Assembly (NCBI GenBank): GCA_036498725.1
Contig: DASYEY010000153.1
Coordinates: forward strand, 1 to 63,668
Origin: Verrucomicrobiia bacterium
GTDB taxonomy: Bacteria; Verrucomicrobiota; Verrucomicrobiia; Limisphaerales; UBA11358
DNA: 63,668 bases
Reading direction: 5' to 3'
A program made the position numbers and the translations under genes. The notes below the pieces were generated by a model that saw nothing but the letters and a program-made list of their open reading frames with translations, did no database searches and was not told where the DNA came from. Within the stretch, counting starts at the first letter, position 1. Each line of letters opens with the position of its first letter. Shown one piece after another: positions 62,920-63,668 of the stretch.

Positions 62920-63668
62920 ATGCGCCGGTGGCTTTGCCTGATAATGTGCGCGCTCATGGCCATGGTTACCCGGCCGGTTTCCGCCGGGGTGGAAACCGAG
63001 CAGGTCATCCTGTTGCATGGGCTTTGCCGTACCAGCCGTTCGATGGAACCCATGGCGCGGGCATTGACCCAGGCTGGTTATCAGGTGCGCAATATTGATT
63101 ATCCTTCGCGCACGGCCACCGTCGCCCAACTGGCAGAAAGCGTGATTGGCCCCGTCGTGGCAGCTGGCCAGCATAATGGCGTCACCCAAATTCATTTTGT
63201 TACTCATTCATTGGGCGGCATTTTAGTGCGTTACTATCTGGCGCATCATGCCATCACGAACCTGGGCCGCGTGGTGATGCTTGGCCCGCCGAATCAAGGC
63301 AGTGAAGTTGTGGACATGTTGCGTGGGTGGTGGCTGTTCAAAAAACTGAACGGTCCAGCCGGAAATGAATTAGGTACGGACCCCGGCTCAATCGTGAACC
63401 AATTGGGATCAGCCAATTTTTGTGTTGGCATCATCGCGGGAAACCGTTCGATCAATTGGATCAACAGCCTGCTGATTCCGGGATGTGACGACGGCAAAGT
63501 CTCCGTGGAAAAAACCAAGCTGGCGGGCATGACCGATTGGATCGAGCTGGCAACGTCCCACCCCTTCATCATGCGCAATTCAACGGCAATGGCTCAAACC
63601 ATTTCATTTCTGCGTACCGGGAAATTTGATCACACCCTGACTGCCGGTCAGATGCGTTTTTCGTCGGC
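62920..63668 (+). CDS. alpha/beta hydrolase (lipase/PGAP1-like), 3' end beyond the window
   Basis: The frame is open from ATG 62920 to the window end, so it is not in the ORF track. Own translation: MRRWLCLIMCALMAMVTRPVSAGVETEQVILLHGLCRTSRSM...IHFVTHSLGGILVRYYL. It has a signal-like N-terminus and a GxSxG-type nucleophile elbow, HSLGG. Confidence 0.7.
   Translation, partial: MRRWLCLIMCALMAMVTRPVSAGVETEQVILLHGLCRTSRSMEPMARALTQAGYQVRNIDYPSRTATVAQLAESVIGPVVAAGQHNGVTQIHFVTHSLGGILVRYYLAHHAITNLGRVVMLGPPNQGSEVVDMLRGWWLFKKLNGPAGNELGTDPGSIVNQLGSANFCVGIIAGNRSINWINSLLIPGCDDGKVSVEKTKLAGMTDWIELATSHPFIMRNSTAMAQTISFLRTGKFDHTLTAGQMRFSS

Overview
63.7-kb chromosomal window, moderately GC-rich by eye (not computed) and densely packed with about 55 protein genes. 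Gene content and the hairpin-forming intergenic repeat families suggest a member of the PVC superphylum, most likely Verrucomicrobiota (inference only). Most genes are ordinary housekeeping or metabolism: secA, typA, icd, aroC, trpA, rsmH, rnhA, dctA, a RhlE-type helicase, HtrA, a DnaJ-like protein, a rhomboid protease and a ROK sugar kinase. I saw no rRNA, tRNA, CRISPR array, transposase, integrase, phage gene or recognisable defence system. I cannot point to one unambiguous novel system, and the candidates below are ranked honestly. (1) An ~11-kb metal-acquisition supercluster lies at 32.0-43.4 kb: a His/Cys mini-protein, two TonB-dependent receptors, piuC, tonB, exbB, two exbD, a coiled-coil gene and a ZIP transporter. 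It is bracketed by two copies of one promoter-operator module (TTGCAAA-N3-TTTGCRA overlapping an extended -10) and contains a ~165-nt structured element inside the exbB-exbD junction. (2) A single ORF fuses a TrhO-type tRNA U34 hydroxylase to an RluA-type pseudouridine synthase, and it is flanked by copies of one palindromic repeat. (3) A lat-pcd-(DUF1338-like) lysine-catabolism operon is present. (4) Several uncharacterised exported or membrane proteins stand out, including a lipoprotein with DnaJ-type zinc fingers and a 778-aa protein with an internal pseudopilin-like domain. (5) At least three families of long imperfect palindromic intergenic repeats occur. Two genes that run off the window edges (1..612 minus, 62920..63668 plus) are missing from the ORF track and were found by reading the sequence. 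Many long ORFs in the track are antisense or alternate-frame shadows of real genes.
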